Source: Candidatus Bathyarchaeota archaeon
GTDB taxonomy: Archaea > Thermoproteota > Bathyarchaeia > Bathyarchaeales > Bathycorpusculaceae
DNA length: 64,000 bases
Assembly (NCBI GenBank): GCA_963775465.1
Contig: CAVZIW010000001.1
Location: 224,001 to 288,000 of the forward strand
Direction: 5' to 3'
Below the pieces are notes generated by a model, which saw only the letters and a program-made list of their open reading frames with translations, was not told the origin of the DNA and made no database searches. Each line of letters opens with the position of its first letter. Position 1 is the stretch's first letter. A program made the translations under genes and the position numbers. This document shows positions 10,717 through 22,589 of the stretch, in pieces.

Positions 10717-11319
10717 TTACTTTACTGGCAAAATTGGCAGAATTGTTTTCTGGTGCGCCTCGTTTAATACTTCTGCGATGCCAAGGTAAATTGCGCTAAA
10801 GCCGACGATTATGCCTTCGATGCCTGTGAGGTTGTTCCAGGTGAATGTTCCGAATAGTGTTGGGTTACCGGTTAGGTCTCTGATTGTTAGCATGAAGAAC
10901 AGTATGGCTAAACTTAAGAATACGAATTGGACAGCGCGGTTTGCTTTTAGCGTTCCAAAGAACATTGCGAAAGTAAATAGTCCCCAAAGGAAGAAGTATG
11001 CTGCCATCGCAGTTTCAGTAGGAGCGCTTAGTCCGGGTATAAAGGTTATTTTTGGCAAGATTAGCAGTAAAACAAGAGACCACCAGAACAAGCCGTATGA
11101 GCTGAAAGCTACAGTGCCAAATGTATTGCCTTTCTTGAATTCCATTATACCAACGATTACTTGCGCTAATCCACCGTAAGCAATGCCCATAGCGAGAATC
11201 ATTGTGTCAAGCGGAAATAGACCTGCGTTATGAAGGTTCAAAAGAACTGTGGTTAGTCCGAAGCCTAGAAGGCCTAAAGGTGCAGGGTTCGCCAATTTTG
11301 TTACTAGTTTATCGCTCAT
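10717..11319 (-). CDS. satP: Acetate uptake transporter (GPR1/FUN34/YaaH-SatP family)
   Basis: Signature [11 protein letters not shown], six TM helices, adjacent to acs. Confidence 0.9.
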   Translation of the reverse strand: MSDKLVTKLANPAPLGLLGFGLTTVLLNLHNAGLFPLDTMILAMGIAYGGLAQVIVGIMEFKKGNTFGTVAFSSYGLFWWSLVLLLILPKITFIPGLSAPTETAMAAYFFLWGLFTFAMFFGTLKANRAVQFVFLSLAILFFMLTIRDLTGNPTLFGTFTWNNLTGIEGIIVGFSAIYLGIAEVLNEAHQKTILPILPVK

Positions 11320-11368
11320 TTTTAATTTTTCACCGATTTTATGGTTTATCTGAAGTCTGCAAGCTTTT

Positions 11369-14137
11369 TTATAAAGCTTTGGAGGCGGGAATTTTTCTTG
11401 TTCGTGAAGTAACGTATTTGCCGATCTCTAGAGCAGAAAACACTGCAGCTGCAAAGAGTCCAGCGATTGCCCAGTCGATAAGTCCAGGCGCGTTAACGTC
11501 GAAGAGAACTTGGAGGCCTGGCACGTATAGGATAAGTAGTTGTAGTGCGAAGGATGAGGCGACGGCGTACCATAGGTATTTGTTTTTGAATATTCCAACT
11601 TTGAATATGGGGTATTTTAGTGATCGACATGAAATGGCTATGACTAATTCCATGGCTATCATCGCTGTGAGTAGCTGAGTTCTAGCTTCGAGTAGGCCCA
11701 ACTCGCTTGTCCAGGGCAAATGGGAGAAATATGCTGTTAACAAAAGAATCGTCATGAAAATCGGCACTGCGGTTAGGTAGGTTTTGACGTCTCGACTGAA
11801 TATGCTTTCGTTGGGTTTGCGGGGTTTTTGTTGCATCAAGTCAGGGTCACCTGGGTCTACACCTAAAGCTATGGCGGGCAATCCATCTGTAACTAGGTTT
11901 ATCCATAGAATCTGCACGGCAGTTAAAGCGATAGCTGCACTGTTTACCAATTCTATGTCTGATCCAGGCGAAAAGATTCGTGCGATGAAAGGAACGCTTA
12001 CGACAGCTATAAACATGACCAAGATTTCCATAATGTTGCATTGCAGAAGGAAGGTCAAGTATTTCTTGATGTTCCCATAGATTTCTCGGCCTTCTTTGAC
12101 GGCTTTAACGATGCTTGCAAAATTATCGTCTGCTAAAACCATGTCAGCTGCTTCTTTTGTAACTTCTGTGCCTGTAATGCCCATGGCAACGCCAATGTCA
12201 CTTATCTTCAATGCTGGAGCATCATTAACTCCATCACCAGTCATTGCAACGACTTCATCTTTTTTCTTCCATGCCTTAACAATTCGTGTCTTGTGCTCTG
12301 GAGCAACACGGGCATAAACCACCACTTTCTCCACAACTTGAGCGAGCTGTTCGTCAGTCATCTGCTCGAGTTCTTCACCGGTTAATACTTGGCTTTCTTG
12401 TACTTTTTCATCTAGCAAGTTAAGTTCCTTTGCCACGGCAGTGGCGGTGAGTTTGTGGTCGCCTGTAATCATGACAACTCGTATCCCGGCGCTCTTGCAG
12501 AGTCCAATTGCGTCTTTAACTTCCGTCCTTGGCGGATCTATCATACCCATGATGCCGACAAAGACGAAATCTTCTTCCATGCCTTCCTCGAAGTCTACAT
12601 TAGGCGGCAGATCCTTGTAGGCGAAACCAAGGTTTCGGAGGGCTTGCAAAGCCATAGCTTCAGTGATTTTATAATGTTTTTCACAGAGTTCTTTTGTTAA
12701 TAGCTGTACTTTTCCGTCAAGGAAGATTTTGCTGCACCGTTCCAAAACGATTTCGGGGGCACCTTTCATATAAGCTGTTTTTTTGTCTCCCAAAGTGTGT
12801 ATAGTGGTCATGCGTTTGCGTTCAGAGGAAAATGGAACTTCGGCTACACGTGGCTCTTGTTTTTCTAAATCGTCTTTGTTGATGTTTGCTTTCTGTGCTG
12901 CAACGACAAGAGCGCCTTCTGTTGGGTCACCCTTCACAGTCCATTTACCAAGTTTGGAGTCTTTTTCAAGGTTTGAGTCGTTACATAGAACTGCAGTTTT
13001 AAGTAGAATTTTTAAGTTTACATCTGGGGTAACTGTTTTGTTCTCTAATTGGAATTCTCCTTGGGGAGCGTATCCTATTCCTGTGACTTTGATGGTTTGA
13101 TCGTTTACGTAGAGACGTTGGACGGTCATTTCTCCTTTAGTCATAGTTCCTGTTTTGTCGCTGCAGATGACACTTGTACTTCCAAGCGTCTCAACGGCGG
13201 GTAACCGCTTCACGATGGTGCTAACCTTGGCCATGCGGTACATACCAATAGCAAGAGCGCCTGTTATGATGGCAGGCAAAGCTTCCGGGACAGCGGCCAC
13301 CGCAAGACTGATAGACCATAAAATCATATCTATGAGGGAACGTTGCTCAACAACTACTCCGACAACTCCAACGCTTATCGCAACAATTATGGCCAAAACG
13401 CCTATCCATTTGCCTACGCTGCCCATTCGTTTTTCTAAGGGTGTTTTTTCTTGAGGCGAAGCTTGAACCATCTCTGCGATTTTTCCAAATTCTGTTTTCA
13501 TGGCGGTAGTGGTGACTAATGCTTTGCCTCTTCCATAGACCACAACGGTTCCTGTGAAAACCATGTTGCGTCTGTCGTTTAACAATGTCTTCTCTGGCAG
13601 CTGTAAAGTGGATTTGTCAACAGGTGCTGATTCCCCAGTTAAGGAAGCTTCATCTGTTTTCATCATGAAAACTTCTAGAAGTCTAGCATCTGCAGGAATC
13701 TTGTCGCCTGTGTATAGAAGAATTATATCTCCTGGGACAAGTTGACTGGCAGGAATTTTTACTTCCTTGCCATCTCGAAGAACGCTGGCGGTAGGGGCTG
13801 TCATTTTCTTTAGGGCCTCAACTGCTTTTTCGCTGCGGTATTCTTGGGAAAATCCTAGAAGTGCACTAGCAACAACAATGGCAAGTATGATTAGTGCGTC
13901 TGCTACTTCTCCTACGGCAAACGAGAGACCGATAGCGAAGAGCAGGATAATCATGAGAACGTTAGTGAATTGACCGAGTAAAAGTTTGAGAGGGGACTTT
14001 CCTTTTTCTTTTTTGAGCTCGTTGGGCCCAAATTTTTCCTTGAGCTCTTGAGCTTGTTGGGTAGTTAAGCCTTGCTCAGTTACACCTAGTTGCTTTAGTG
14101 CTTCTTGCAAGGTCTTGCTATGCCATGAGTCGTTCAT
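11369..14137 (-). CDS. P-type IIA (Ca2+-type) cation-transporting ATPase
   Basis: [29 protein letters not shown] and [10 protein letters not shown] motifs. Confidence 0.93.
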   Translation of the reverse strand: MNDSWHSKTLQEALKQLGVTEQGLTTQQAQELKEKFGPNELKKEKGKSPLKLLLGQFTNVLMIILLFAIGLSFAVGEVADALIILAIVVASALLGFSQEYRSEKAVEALKKMTAPTASVLRDGKEVKIPASQLVPGDIILLYTGDKIPADARLLEVFMMKTDEASLTGESAPVDKSTLQLPEKTLLNDRRNMVFTGTVVVYGRGKALVTTTAMKTEFGKIAEMVQASPQEKTPLEKRMGSVGKWIGVLAIIVAISVGVVGVVVEQRSLIDMILWSISLAVAAVPEALPAIITGALAIGMYRMAKVSTIVKRLPAVETLGSTSVICSDKTGTMTKGEMTVQRLYVNDQTIKVTGIGYAPQGEFQLENKTVTPDVNLKILLKTAVLCNDSNLEKDSKLGKWTVKGDPTEGALVVAAQKANINKDDLEKQEPRVAEVPFSSERKRMTTIHTLGDKKTAYMKGAPEIVLERCSKIFLDGKVQLLTKELCEKHYKITEAMALQALRNLGFAYKDLPPNVDFEEGMEEDFVFVGIMGMIDPPRTEVKDAIGLCKSAGIRVVMITGDHKLTATAVAKELNLLDEKVQESQVLTGEELEQMTDEQLAQVVEKVVVYARVAPEHKTRIVKAWKKKDEVVAMTGDGVNDAPALKISDIGVAMGITGTEVTKEAADMVLADDNFASIVKAVKEGREIYGNIKKYLTFLLQCNIMEILVMFIAVVSVPFIARIFSPGSDIELVNSAAIALTAVQILWINLVTDGLPAIALGVDPGDPDLMQQKPRKPNESIFSRDVKTYLTAVPIFMTILLLTAYFSHLPWTSELGLLEARTQLLTAMIAMELVIAISCRSLKYPIFKVGIFKNKYLWYAVASSFALQLLILYVPGLQVLFDVNAPGLIDWAIAGLFAAAVFSALEIGKYVTSRTRKIPASKAL

Positions 14138-14179
14138 TTTAGGTCTCCATTCTCAAAGGTTTTCTATTTGTTTCATTTT

Positions 14180-14746
14180 CTAATTCTGCAATTTAATTTC
14201 TCTGAATTCAGGATGTTTTTGATGATAAATTTTACTGTGAATAAATAGAGAAATGCCTCCAAAAGCTAACGTTGTTAGGCTTAATAAAGTCAGGGTCCAA
14301 GCAAAGGCGCCTCCAAAGCTGATGATTTGTTTTTGCCATTCCCAAGGAAAAACATCCTTTATTCCAAGCGGCCATGCTCCAATTACTTGATAGGTGAACC
14401 CGAAAATTGTTAACACAATGGCTACCCGTTCTTTATTGTCTGTTGCTTCAGGTTTAATGGCATGGATACTGTAACCGCAAAGAATTGCGGTTCCTGCTAT
14501 TAGGGTTGGGAGACTTGTTGCAAAAAATATGGGGTTGATTAGGTTGCTTGAGAGGAAGGATGTAATTGGAAAGGGAAAGTAAGTTATGATGTTGTCTCCC
14601 CAATTTGATAATGTCCAACCACTAATTATGACTAAAGATAGGTAGTAGGCTCCATAAGCAGCTAAAGACAAGCCAAAGGAAACTTTATGCGCTTTTAAGG
14701 AATTGAAAATCTTTGAAATTGTTGTGTCGCTAGTTTTGTTAGTCAT
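14180..14746 (-). CDS. Hypothetical membrane protein (about 4 TM)
   Basis: Hydrophobic ORF; ATG at 14746 preferred over the track start at 14803. Confidence 0.6.
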   Translation of the reverse strand: MTNKTSDTTISKIFNSLKAHKVSFGLSLAAYGAYYLSLVIISGWTLSNWGDNIITYFPFPITSFLSSNLINPIFFATSLPTLIAGTAILCGYSIHAIKPEATDNKERVAIVLTIFGFTYQVIGAWPLGIKDVFPWEWQKQIISFGGAFAWTLTLLSLTTLAFGGISLFIHSKIYHQKHPEFREIKLQN

Positions 14747-14883
14747 ATTAGCACGCTTGTAGTATGTAGTGTTTTTTTCTGATATAACAGTTTTTGATAG
14801 CATCTTGAAACTTTAAAATGCTTTAAAAACTAAAGTTATAAAGCATTAGGCGTGAAGTAGTAGATGTTAGTTAAGGTGCTTTT

Positions 14884-15582
14884 ATGAAGTTTGAAACTCA
14901 AATCCAAGAGATTATCCCGCGCACTGATTTTGTTACAAGTTTTAGGTTTCCGCGACCTACAGAGTTAGATTACAAACCAGGGCAATTCTTTTTTGTAACA
15001 ATCAAACATGGCGACAAAAAATTACGTAAGCATTTCAGTTTTAGTAGCAGTCCAACTGAAAAAGATCATATAGAGTTTACTAAAAGATTAACGGATCATG
15101 AATTCTCTTTAGCTTTGAAAGTTGCAAAAGTCGGCGATTGGGCACGTATCGAAGCACCTTTTGGGAAATTTACTTTTGAAGGGGAATACCCAAAAGTTTC
15201 TTTGCTTGCAGGAGGTATCGGAATAACTCCTTTTCTGAGTTACTGTAAGAATGCTACGGATAAAGCTTTGAGCAGTAAAATTACACTTTTTTATGGTTGC
15301 CGCACGCCTGAAGATTTTCCTTTTAGAAAAGAATTTGAGATCTTGGCGCAACAAAATAAGAATTTAAAGTTGGTGTTCACTGTTAGTCAAGCTTCTCCTG
15401 ACTGGAAAGGTGAAACAGGTTCAATTGATGTGGATATGATTAAGCGGTATCTTCCTGATTATGAAGAAAACATGTTTTACACTTGTGGTCCCCCACCTAT
15501 GGTTGAAGCGATGGAGAGGCTCGTAGAGAGTTTGGGGTTGCCAAAAGAGAAGTTGAAACGAGAACTCTTTTCGGGCTATTAA
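14884..15582 (+). CDS. Ferredoxin-reductase-type FAD/NAD(P)-binding oxidoreductase
   Basis: YKPGQF, FSFSSSP, LLAGGIGITPF and YTCGPPPM motifs. Confidence 0.88.
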   Translation: MKFETQIQEIIPRTDFVTSFRFPRPTELDYKPGQFFFVTIKHGDKKLRKHFSFSSSPTEKDHIEFTKRLTDHEFSLALKVAKVGDWARIEAPFGKFTFEGEYPKVSLLAGGIGITPFLSYCKNATDKALSSKITLFYGCRTPEDFPFRKEFEILAQQNKNLKLVFTVSQASPDWKGETGSIDVDMIKRYLPDYEENMFYTCGPPPMVEAMERLVESLGLPKEKLKRELFSGY

Positions 15583-15596
15583 CAAAAGAAGTGGGT

Positions 15597-16879
15597 TTAT
15601 GGGTAGAATCTGCGGGTGGTTCTTGGGAATGGAATTGCATCGATGATGTTGTCTAAGTCCAGCATCCAAACTAGTAAGCGTTCTAATCCCATGCCAAATC
15701 CAACGTGGGGTACAGTTCCGTAGCGTCGAAGGTCAAGGTACCATTCGTAGTCTTGGGGGTTTAAGCCTTGTTCTTTCATGCGTTGGGTGAGTGTTTCTTT
15801 GTTGTCTTCTCTTACGCCGCCTGTGCTGATTTCGCCGATTCGCGGAACCATCATGTCGACGGACATGGCGATTTCTGGATGGTCTTGGTAGGTTTTGCAG
15901 TAGAAAGCTTTGATTGAAGTTGGGTAATCGTAGACAAAGAAGGGTTTGCCGAAATCTTCTGCTAGGATTTTTTCGTCTTCGTAGCCAAGGTCTGAGCCCC
16001 AATCTAATGTTGGGTTTTTTGGTTTAAGGTGTTCGATTGCTTCTTTGTAGGTTATTTTTGGGAACGGTGCTTTTACGTTTTTTAGTTTTTCGATGTCGGC
16101 GCCTAGTTCTTTGAATTCTCTTTGACATTTTTCGGCGATGGTTTGGCAGATGTGGGTCATTAAGCCTTCTTCGAACTTCATTAAGTCGTTCATGTCGGCA
16201 AAAGGCCATTCACCTTCGATATGCCAATATTCTGTTAAGTGACGGATTGTTCGGCTTTTTTCTGCGCGGAAAGATGGGGCTATGCAGTAGACGTTTTCGA
16301 GTGAGTAGATGAGGATTTCGAGGTATAGTTGACTGCTTTGAGTTAAATATAAGTCTTGATCGAAGTACTTTAGTTCAAAAAGTGTGGAGCCGCCTTCGAC
16401 TGCTGCTGAGATAAACATTGGAGGTGAGACTTCAGTGAAGCTTTGGTTTTTGAAGTATTGTCGAGCAGCCTCTAAGACTTCTCCGCGTACTTTCATAACG
16501 AGGTTCATTTTTCTGCTTCTTAGCCAAAGGTGGCGCATGTCGCGGATGAATTCTTCGCTTTTGTCTTTTGAAATGGGGAAGGTTTCTGCTAGTCCAATGA
16601 TGCTGATGGTTTCTGCGGAAATCTCGTATCCGCCTGGGGCTCTTTTGTCTTCTTTGGCAGTTCCTTCCAAGGAGAGAGCTGATTCGATTGTTAGTTTTTG
16701 GGCTTCACTCCAGCAGGGGCTGGTTTTTTTTATGGTGGATTGGATTACGCCTGTTGAATCTCGTATTAGTATGAAGATTAGTTCTTTTCCTTCTCGTTTG
16801 CGATATACCCAACCGCGAACGCATACTTTTTTATCATTAATTGTCCGTCTAGTATGTTGCTTATTTTTACTGGAGTCAT
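15597..16879 (-). CDS. asnS: Asparagine--tRNA ligase; apparent 1-nt deletion near 16840
   Basis: VRGW OB-fold, YLTQSSQLYLE, FRAEKSRTIRHLTEYW and GFGMGLERL motifs. ATG at 16879 gives MTPVKISNILDGQ, which joins NDKKVCVRGW only with one extra base. Confidence 0.9.
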
Positions 16880-17194
16880 CCTTGTTCAACTGTTTTCAGT
16901 ATATACTTGTCTTCAATCCTAAATGCCTATCGATTTGACAAGTTGAAAAATAGATGCTAAGGGTTATTCAAATGTTAACGGCATGTCGTTTGTATTAGTC
17001 AATAGAATCGCTTGTGGATTTTTGAATTGTCTCTCTCTGCTAGAACAACAACACTTGTTTTTTTCTGATTGTGTGGGGTTTGTTTTGGGCTTTTTTTTAC
17101 ATTGGTGTTTGTTTCGTCTGCTGATGCGGGTTGAAAAAGGTTTAAAGGGGTTGGAAATTGGTTTGGAAAGGTTGGATAAGCTTGGGGGTTCTAG

Positions 17195-17470
17195 TTGTCA
17201 ACGAATGCGCGAGTAAGGTTTAAGATAAAGCTGCAGTCGCATAATCGCTTCACAGCCCCAAAATACGTTCAACAGCTTTTAAAAATGGAACCTGACCGGG
17301 TTCTTCAAGTTCAAATAGACACTAGGGTGTGGGACGGTTCGCAGACTTTTCATTCGAGAATAACTAAGGATGAAAGAATAATAATTCCCAAACTCATAAT
17401 GGGTTTGCTTGAGAAACAAAATAAAGCGCCGGAAGGTAAAATATTAGAGATAACTCTTGAAGCCATATAA
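17195..17470 (+). CDS. AbrB/MazE-like swapped-hairpin DNA-binding protein
   Basis: Two tandem half-motifs: KLQSHNRFTAPK and RITKDERIIIPK...GKILEITL. Confidence 0.6.
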   Translation: MSTNARVRFKIKLQSHNRFTAPKYVQQLLKMEPDRVLQVQIDTRVWDGSQTFHSRITKDERIIIPKLIMGLLEKQNKAPEGKILEITLEAI

Positions 17471-17540
17471 GAAGCAAGGACGGCTATTTTTTGCTGAGTT
17501 GTTCAAACCGAACTCTAATGCTTGATTGTAAATCAAGCGC

Positions 17541-18782
17541 TTATTTTTCTTTATCCTTTGGTTCTTGAACTTTCAGGTAAACAAATATTGAAAGGGGAAT
17601 AGATGTTGCCGCCAACAAGAGGAACGGAAGCTGAGGCGAAACGAACGCGTAGAGAATTCCAATTAAAACTTGAAGAAGAGCTTGCATTATGAACATGAAA
17701 AACTGCAAACACCCAGTAGCTGTTCCTCTTAGACTTCTAGGAACTAAATCGCCCATTAGAACATTGTAACTGTTGAGCTGCAGTAAATTTCCTAATCCGA
17801 AGAAGAAAAATGAAAGTAGCAGCATGTTAAAATCAGCATTCACGAAAAGAAGCATCCCTGGAAAAAAGAGTAAATACCCTAAAATTAAGAAACGTTTCCT
17901 TCCAAAGACATCCATACTTAAACCTGCCAGAATTCCTGGAATTGCGATGCTCAAATAACGGAAGGCTACAACAATAGCCCACTGTTCCAGTGAAATACTA
18001 AGAACGGATGTTGCGTATACAACAAAATATAATTGGCAACTCACAACTAAACCGTTAATGATTATTATGGAAATAAAAAGGTTGAAGGCAGATTTTGGGA
18101 TTTTACTCCAAACGCCGATTCCTTCCCGTACAGTCTGAGGATATTTACGCAACAAACCAATGATACTGGGTCTTTTGCTTTGCGAAGGCGGTAAAGTCTC
18201 TTTTAGTCTTAGCCGTATGGTGGCCACTGAAAAATAAGCTACAGCGGTAATCGTGTAAGCAATACGCATACCAATATCGAAATTGAAAGTCACAACCAAA
18301 TATTGAGCAATAAGCGGAGCGGGTAATAGAACAATCGTCGTGATTACTGATTGAAAACTAAATCCTGTTCCGCGGCTTTCCGGGGGTAGGGAATCAATAA
18401 CCATGGCCATCAAAGCTGGACCGTAAATCGAGCAGATATTCTGAATCAGAAGCCCAATTAAGATGAATTGCCATGAGGGAGCAAAAATAAAAAAGAGGCT
18501 TCCCAAAGCCAAACCGAAAGTCATTGAAACAATCAGCCAACGTCTTCCATGTTTATCCGCTAAGTATCCGCCTGGAAATTGGACGAGTGCTACTGCAATA
18601 GAGCCTGCAAAACCCATGACTGAAATCAAAAAGGTGTCGGCGCCCAAGTGTATGTAAAAGAGGCTTGCATAGGTGTCGGGTATTGGTTGGGCAGCGAACA
18701 TTATTATCCAAGTTAACGTAATGAGCAGGAAGTTGCCTCTTAGAACGGCGGAGTCTCCACGAAAAAGCGGTGATATTTTCAT
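17541..18782 (-). CDS. MFS transporter
   Basis: About 12 TM; motif A GYLADKHGRR and second copy MDVFGRK. Confidence 0.9.
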   Translation of the reverse strand: MKISPLFRGDSAVLRGNFLLITLTWIIMFAAQPIPDTYASLFYIHLGADTFLISVMGFAGSIAVALVQFPGGYLADKHGRRWLIVSMTFGLALGSLFFIFAPSWQFILIGLLIQNICSIYGPALMAMVIDSLPPESRGTGFSFQSVITTIVLLPAPLIAQYLVVTFNFDIGMRIAYTITAVAYFSVATIRLRLKETLPPSQSKRPSIIGLLRKYPQTVREGIGVWSKIPKSAFNLFISIIIINGLVVSCQLYFVVYATSVLSISLEQWAIVVAFRYLSIAIPGILAGLSMDVFGRKRFLILGYLLFFPGMLLFVNADFNMLLLSFFFFGLGNLLQLNSYNVLMGDLVPRSLRGTATGCLQFFMFIMQALLQVLIGILYAFVSPQLPFLLLAATSIPLSIFVYLKVQEPKDKEK

Positions 18783-18910
18783 TTATTGATAAAATCGGGC
18801 AAGAATTATTTAAATTAAGTCGAGCAATTGTGATACTTTAAAATCAATTGGGTCATTGTTGCCCACAATTCTTAAATCTCCCTTGCAACGAGCATATTTT
18901 GATAGACTAA

Positions 18911-20275
18911 ATGTATCCTAATGAAGAAGGCAGGTACAAGCTAAAAGCACTGAAAATTTCAGCAATTGCTATTTTTAGTGTTGTGCTTGTTGAAGTTTCA
19001 GTTGGTCTTCTGGTAAACAGTTTAGCTATAATGAGCGACGGCTTGCATGCACTGTTAGATGCACTGTCAAGCGTAATGTTGTTTTTTGCAGTTCGTGCAT
19101 CACTTAAACCGCCGGATGAGGAACACACATACGGTCACGAAAAATTCGAAACTATCGGTGGCTTAATTGGAGGAATCGTTTTAGTTGCCGTTGCATTTTT
19201 AATCTTCTACGAAGCAGGATTACGCCTGATTGAAAATACAGCTCTAAATTCAGGTGTCGAGTTCGCAGGTTTCATAGGTATTGCTTATGCTCTTTTCATA
19301 GCGTCTCTTAGAGTTACAGTTTTTAGAAAGACCCAGCATGTTCAAAGTCCCTCTATGAAAGCTGGGTTGTATGATGCTGTTGCTGATTTAAGCTCCACCG
19401 TGGTTGCACTTTTGGGTTTTGCCTTAGCGAGTTTGGGTTTGTCTTATGGAGACGCCTTTGCTTCAATCTTTCTGGGAGCCTTGCTTACCTATTTGAGTTT
19501 TAAACTAGTTAGGTTTAGTGTGATCGAGCTTAGCGATACTGCTTCAAAAGAGCTTGTCGCGAAAACAAGAAGAATAATTCTTTCTTGTAATGGAGTTGTT
19601 AAAGCTGAAAACCTTAAGGTACGTAAAGTTAGTTCTAAAATTTTTGTTGAATCTTCTGTTCAAGTTCCGAATTTAATGAGTTTAGAGGAAGCGCACTCTC
19701 TGGCTTCTAAAATAGAAAAATGTCTAAAAGACTCTTTAGGAACTGTGGATGCAACTATTCATGTTGAACCTTCGGATAAAGAAAAGAAAATAGGGAATCT
19801 CATTGGAAAGTTAGCAACTGTGGATGGCGTAAAAGAGGTCCATGATGTATTTACTAATTATGTTGAAGGTAAACTTTACGTCACCTTGCATGCTTATGTT
19901 AACCCTAATCTGTCAGTTGAAGAAGGTCATAGGATAGCTGAAATCATAGAAAAACGAATTTGTGAAGAGATCGAACAAATTGAAAATGTGACCGTCCACA
20001 TTGAACCCGCCGGCGTGGCTATGCCAGCAGAGGAAGTAGATGAAGAGCAGCTTAGAAAGATTGTTTACGAAGCAGCAAAGAACACTGGTGAGAATTTACA
20101 GATTAAGCGTGTTGTTACCTATTTTGCTGAAGAAAAACGTTATATCAATATTGATTGCTGCTTTACCAAATATATTCAAATTAAGGAGGCTCATAAAATA
20201 GCCTCCCAAGTTGAGAAAGAAACAAAAGAGCATTTTGCAAACGCAGTAGTTACCGTTCATATTGAACCAAAATAA
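18911..20275 (+). CDS. Cation diffusion facilitator with three tandem C-terminal dimerisation domains
   Basis: SLAIMSDGLHALLD and PPDEEHTYGHEKFE motifs; three repeats ending TIHVEP, TVHIEP and TVHIEP. Confidence 0.9.
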   Translation: MYPNEEGRYKLKALKISAIAIFSVVLVEVSVGLLVNSLAIMSDGLHALLDALSSVMLFFAVRASLKPPDEEHTYGHEKFETIGGLIGGIVLVAVAFLIFYEAGLRLIENTALNSGVEFAGFIGIAYALFIASLRVTVFRKTQHVQSPSMKAGLYDAVADLSSTVVALLGFALASLGLSYGDAFASIFLGALLTYLSFKLVRFSVIELSDTASKELVAKTRRIILSCNGVVKAENLKVRKVSSKIFVESSVQVPNLMSLEEAHSLASKIEKCLKDSLGTVDATIHVEPSDKEKKIGNLIGKLATVDGVKEVHDVFTNYVEGKLYVTLHAYVNPNLSVEEGHRIAEIIEKRICEEIEQIENVTVHIEPAGVAMPAEEVDEEQLRKIVYEAAKNTGENLQIKRVVTYFAEEKRYINIDCCFTKYIQIKEAHKIASQVEKETKEHFANAVVTVHIEPK

Positions 20276-20366
20276 AAAAAATAACTTTATCTTCAATATG
20301 AACTTCTTTAAAGGATATTTGAAACGGAGAACGTGATTATTTCAGAAGGAAAATAAGAAAAAAAGT

Positions 20367-21332
20367 TTAGGGTTGCTCGCATTTCTGCAACAGCTTTTGC
20401 CAATGCTCGTCAGTAGCGCGTTGAATTTCGTCCAATACATGGCTATTTTGCGGTGTAAACAAGTGTCTGAACCTTCCTTGTCCAGCAAGATATTCTTTAA
20501 CGGGTCTTTTCTTCTGTGGAGCCAAAGAAATCAACTTGCTGGGAATTGAAAGTTGACGTTTGCCATTAACAGCTTCCCATACTGGAAATACACATGATTC
20601 AACAGCTAACTTGGAATACTCTATAGATTTTGCTGGGTCACTTCTCCAACCTCTGGGACATGGAGCAAACACATGCAAAAATGCTGGACCTTCAACTTCT
20701 AACCCTTTTCGCACTTTAGTCAGCAGATCCTTCCAATAGTAGGGTGTTGCAGTTGCCACGTACTCCATTTCATGTGCCAACATTATGTCAGCTATGGGTT
20801 TTTTCTTCTCGAGCTTTCCCGGATTTACCGATCCAGCCGGAGTTGTGGTTGTCGCTGCACCAGTTGGAGTACCACCGCTTCTTTGAATCCCAGTGTTCAT
20901 GTATCCTTCATTGTCGTAGAGTACAAACAAGAAGTCATGTCCTCTTTCAACAGCACCAGAAAGCGCCTGCAATCCAATGTCGAAGGTTCCGCCGTCACCA
21001 GCAAATGCAATGATATCAACGTGTTCGTGCTTTGCTTTGCCTTTCTTTTTCATGGCTTTTAGAGCTGCATCAATACCTGAAGCGTTTGCAGCTGCATTTT
21101 CAAAAGCAGTATGAATCCACGGAACAGCCCATGACGTATATGGATAAATCGATGAGACTACTTCCATGCATCCTGTTGCCTCGGTAACTATTGTGGGACC
21201 TCTTGTAGCTTTCATTATTAGACGCAGTACAGATGCAGGTCCGCATCCCGCACACGCCCTGTGCCCGGACAGAAACAGGTCTGGTTTTAATGCGATATCT
21301 TTTGCCGTAAATTTCCATTCTTGTGTTGTCAA
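20367..21332 (-). CDS. porB: Pyruvate/2-oxoacid:ferredoxin oxidoreductase beta subunit
   Basis: GHRACAGCG, TGCMEV, GDGGTFDIG, YDNEGYMNTG and PCPRGW motifs. Confidence 0.92.
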   Translation of the reverse strand: MTTQEWKFTAKDIALKPDLFLSGHRACAGCGPASVLRLIMKATRGPTIVTEATGCMEVVSSIYPYTSWAVPWIHTAFENAAANASGIDAALKAMKKKGKAKHEHVDIIAFAGDGGTFDIGLQALSGAVERGHDFLFVLYDNEGYMNTGIQRSGGTPTGAATTTTPAGSVNPGKLEKKKPIADIMLAHEMEYVATATPYYWKDLLTKVRKGLEVEGPAFLHVFAPCPRGWRSDPAKSIEYSKLAVESCVFPVWEAVNGKRQLSIPSKLISLAPQKKRPVKEYLAGQGRFRHLFTPQNSHVLDEIQRATDEHWQKLLQKCEQP

Positions 21333-21345
21333 CTTTTCTTCCTCC

Positions 21346-22578
21346 TTACTCCCTTAATCCTAAATAGCGAACTTGGCTGCCGATTTGGCCAGTTTTAGCA
21401 ATCTGCACCAACTCATCAAAGATCTTCCGAAGTTCACTCGGACTTGAGTCTCTTCCACCTAAACCGTAAATGTAGTTTATGATTGGTGGATGTGATGGTT
21501 CATCATAGAGTGCATGTCTAACTTCATGGAAAACTGCCCCGCCAAATCCGCCAAAACTCATGCTTTTGTCCATGACTGCAATAGCTTTAATGTTTTTGAG
21601 GTTTTTCCGAAGTTCCTCAACTGGTAAAGGTCTAAATGTTCGCAACTTTAGAAGACCTGCTTTGATTCCTTCCTCTCTTAGCTTATCGACGATTACCTTC
21701 ATGGTTCCAGAGGTTGAACCTACGCAAATAACTGCAATTTCAGCGTCGTCTAATTTGTAATTCTCAATAAGACCATTACCATATCGTCTACCGGTTAAAC
21801 TTGCATACTCATCGTTGATTTCACCGATTTTTTTCAAAGCATTCTTCATGCCTTCTTCTTGCTGTCTTTTGAATTCAAAGTAGTAGTTCTGCAATGCAAT
21901 CGGTCCCATTGTCATAGGGTTATCTGGATCCAACTTGTAAGGTACCGTTTTCCCTTCGTGAGTTAAAACAGCTGGAATTTGACGCTCCCCAACAAACTGT
22001 TTTACCGCTTCATCTGAGAGAACATTAACATTTTCTAATGTGTGACTTAAGGTGAACCCGTCTAAGCCAACGAGTGTTGGCAAGGACACACTCGTGTCTT
22101 CAGCGATCCTGAAAGCTTGAATGATTGAATCATAGGCTTCTTGTGCGTTTTCAACATAAATCTGAATCCAACCACTATCTCTTGCCGCCATGCTATCTGA
22201 ATGGTCGCCATGGATGTTTAGCGGTGAAGATAAAGCGCGGTTAGCTATTGCCATAACAACTGGTGCTCTTGAACCTGAAGTTACAAAGAGAATTTCATGC
22301 ATTAATGCCAAACCTGCAGATGCACTTGCAGTGAAAGTTCTCACTCCAGTTGCCGACGCAGCAAGACAAGCGGTTAAAGCGCTATGTTCAGATTCAGTAC
22401 AAACAAACTCCGTCTTTGTCTCACCATTTGCAACGTATTCGCTGAATTTCTCTACAATAATTGTTTGGGGGGTAATTGGGTAAGCAGCAACTACATCAAC
22501 GTCACATTGTTTTGCGGCGTACGCAACTGCTTCATCGCCGTTTAGACCTATAGTTTCTTGTTTATCATTTTTTTGCAT
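21346..22578 (-). CDS. porA: Pyruvate/2-oxoacid:ferredoxin oxidoreductase alpha subunit
   Basis: AYPITPQT, ESEHSA, NRALSSP and YGLGGRD motifs; ATG at 22578 just after the porD stop. Confidence 0.92.
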   Translation of the reverse strand: MQKNDKQETIGLNGDEAVAYAAKQCDVDVVAAYPITPQTIIVEKFSEYVANGETKTEFVCTESEHSALTACLAASATGVRTFTASASAGLALMHEILFVTSGSRAPVVMAIANRALSSPLNIHGDHSDSMAARDSGWIQIYVENAQEAYDSIIQAFRIAEDTSVSLPTLVGLDGFTLSHTLENVNVLSDEAVKQFVGERQIPAVLTHEGKTVPYKLDPDNPMTMGPIALQNYYFEFKRQQEEGMKNALKKIGEINDEYASLTGRRYGNGLIENYKLDDAEIAVICVGSTSGTMKVIVDKLREEGIKAGLLKLRTFRPLPVEELRKNLKNIKAIAVMDKSMSFGGFGGAVFHEVRHALYDEPSHPPIINYIYGLGGRDSSPSELRKIFDELVQIAKTGQIGSQVRYLGLRE

Positions 22579-22589
22579 TATGTCTACTC

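Noticed and set aside
8701-13973. Numerous plus-strand ORFs opposite acs, satP and the P-type ATPase (and similar antisense ORFs elsewhere)
   Set aside because: Antisense shadows of well-supported genes, with no motifs of their own.
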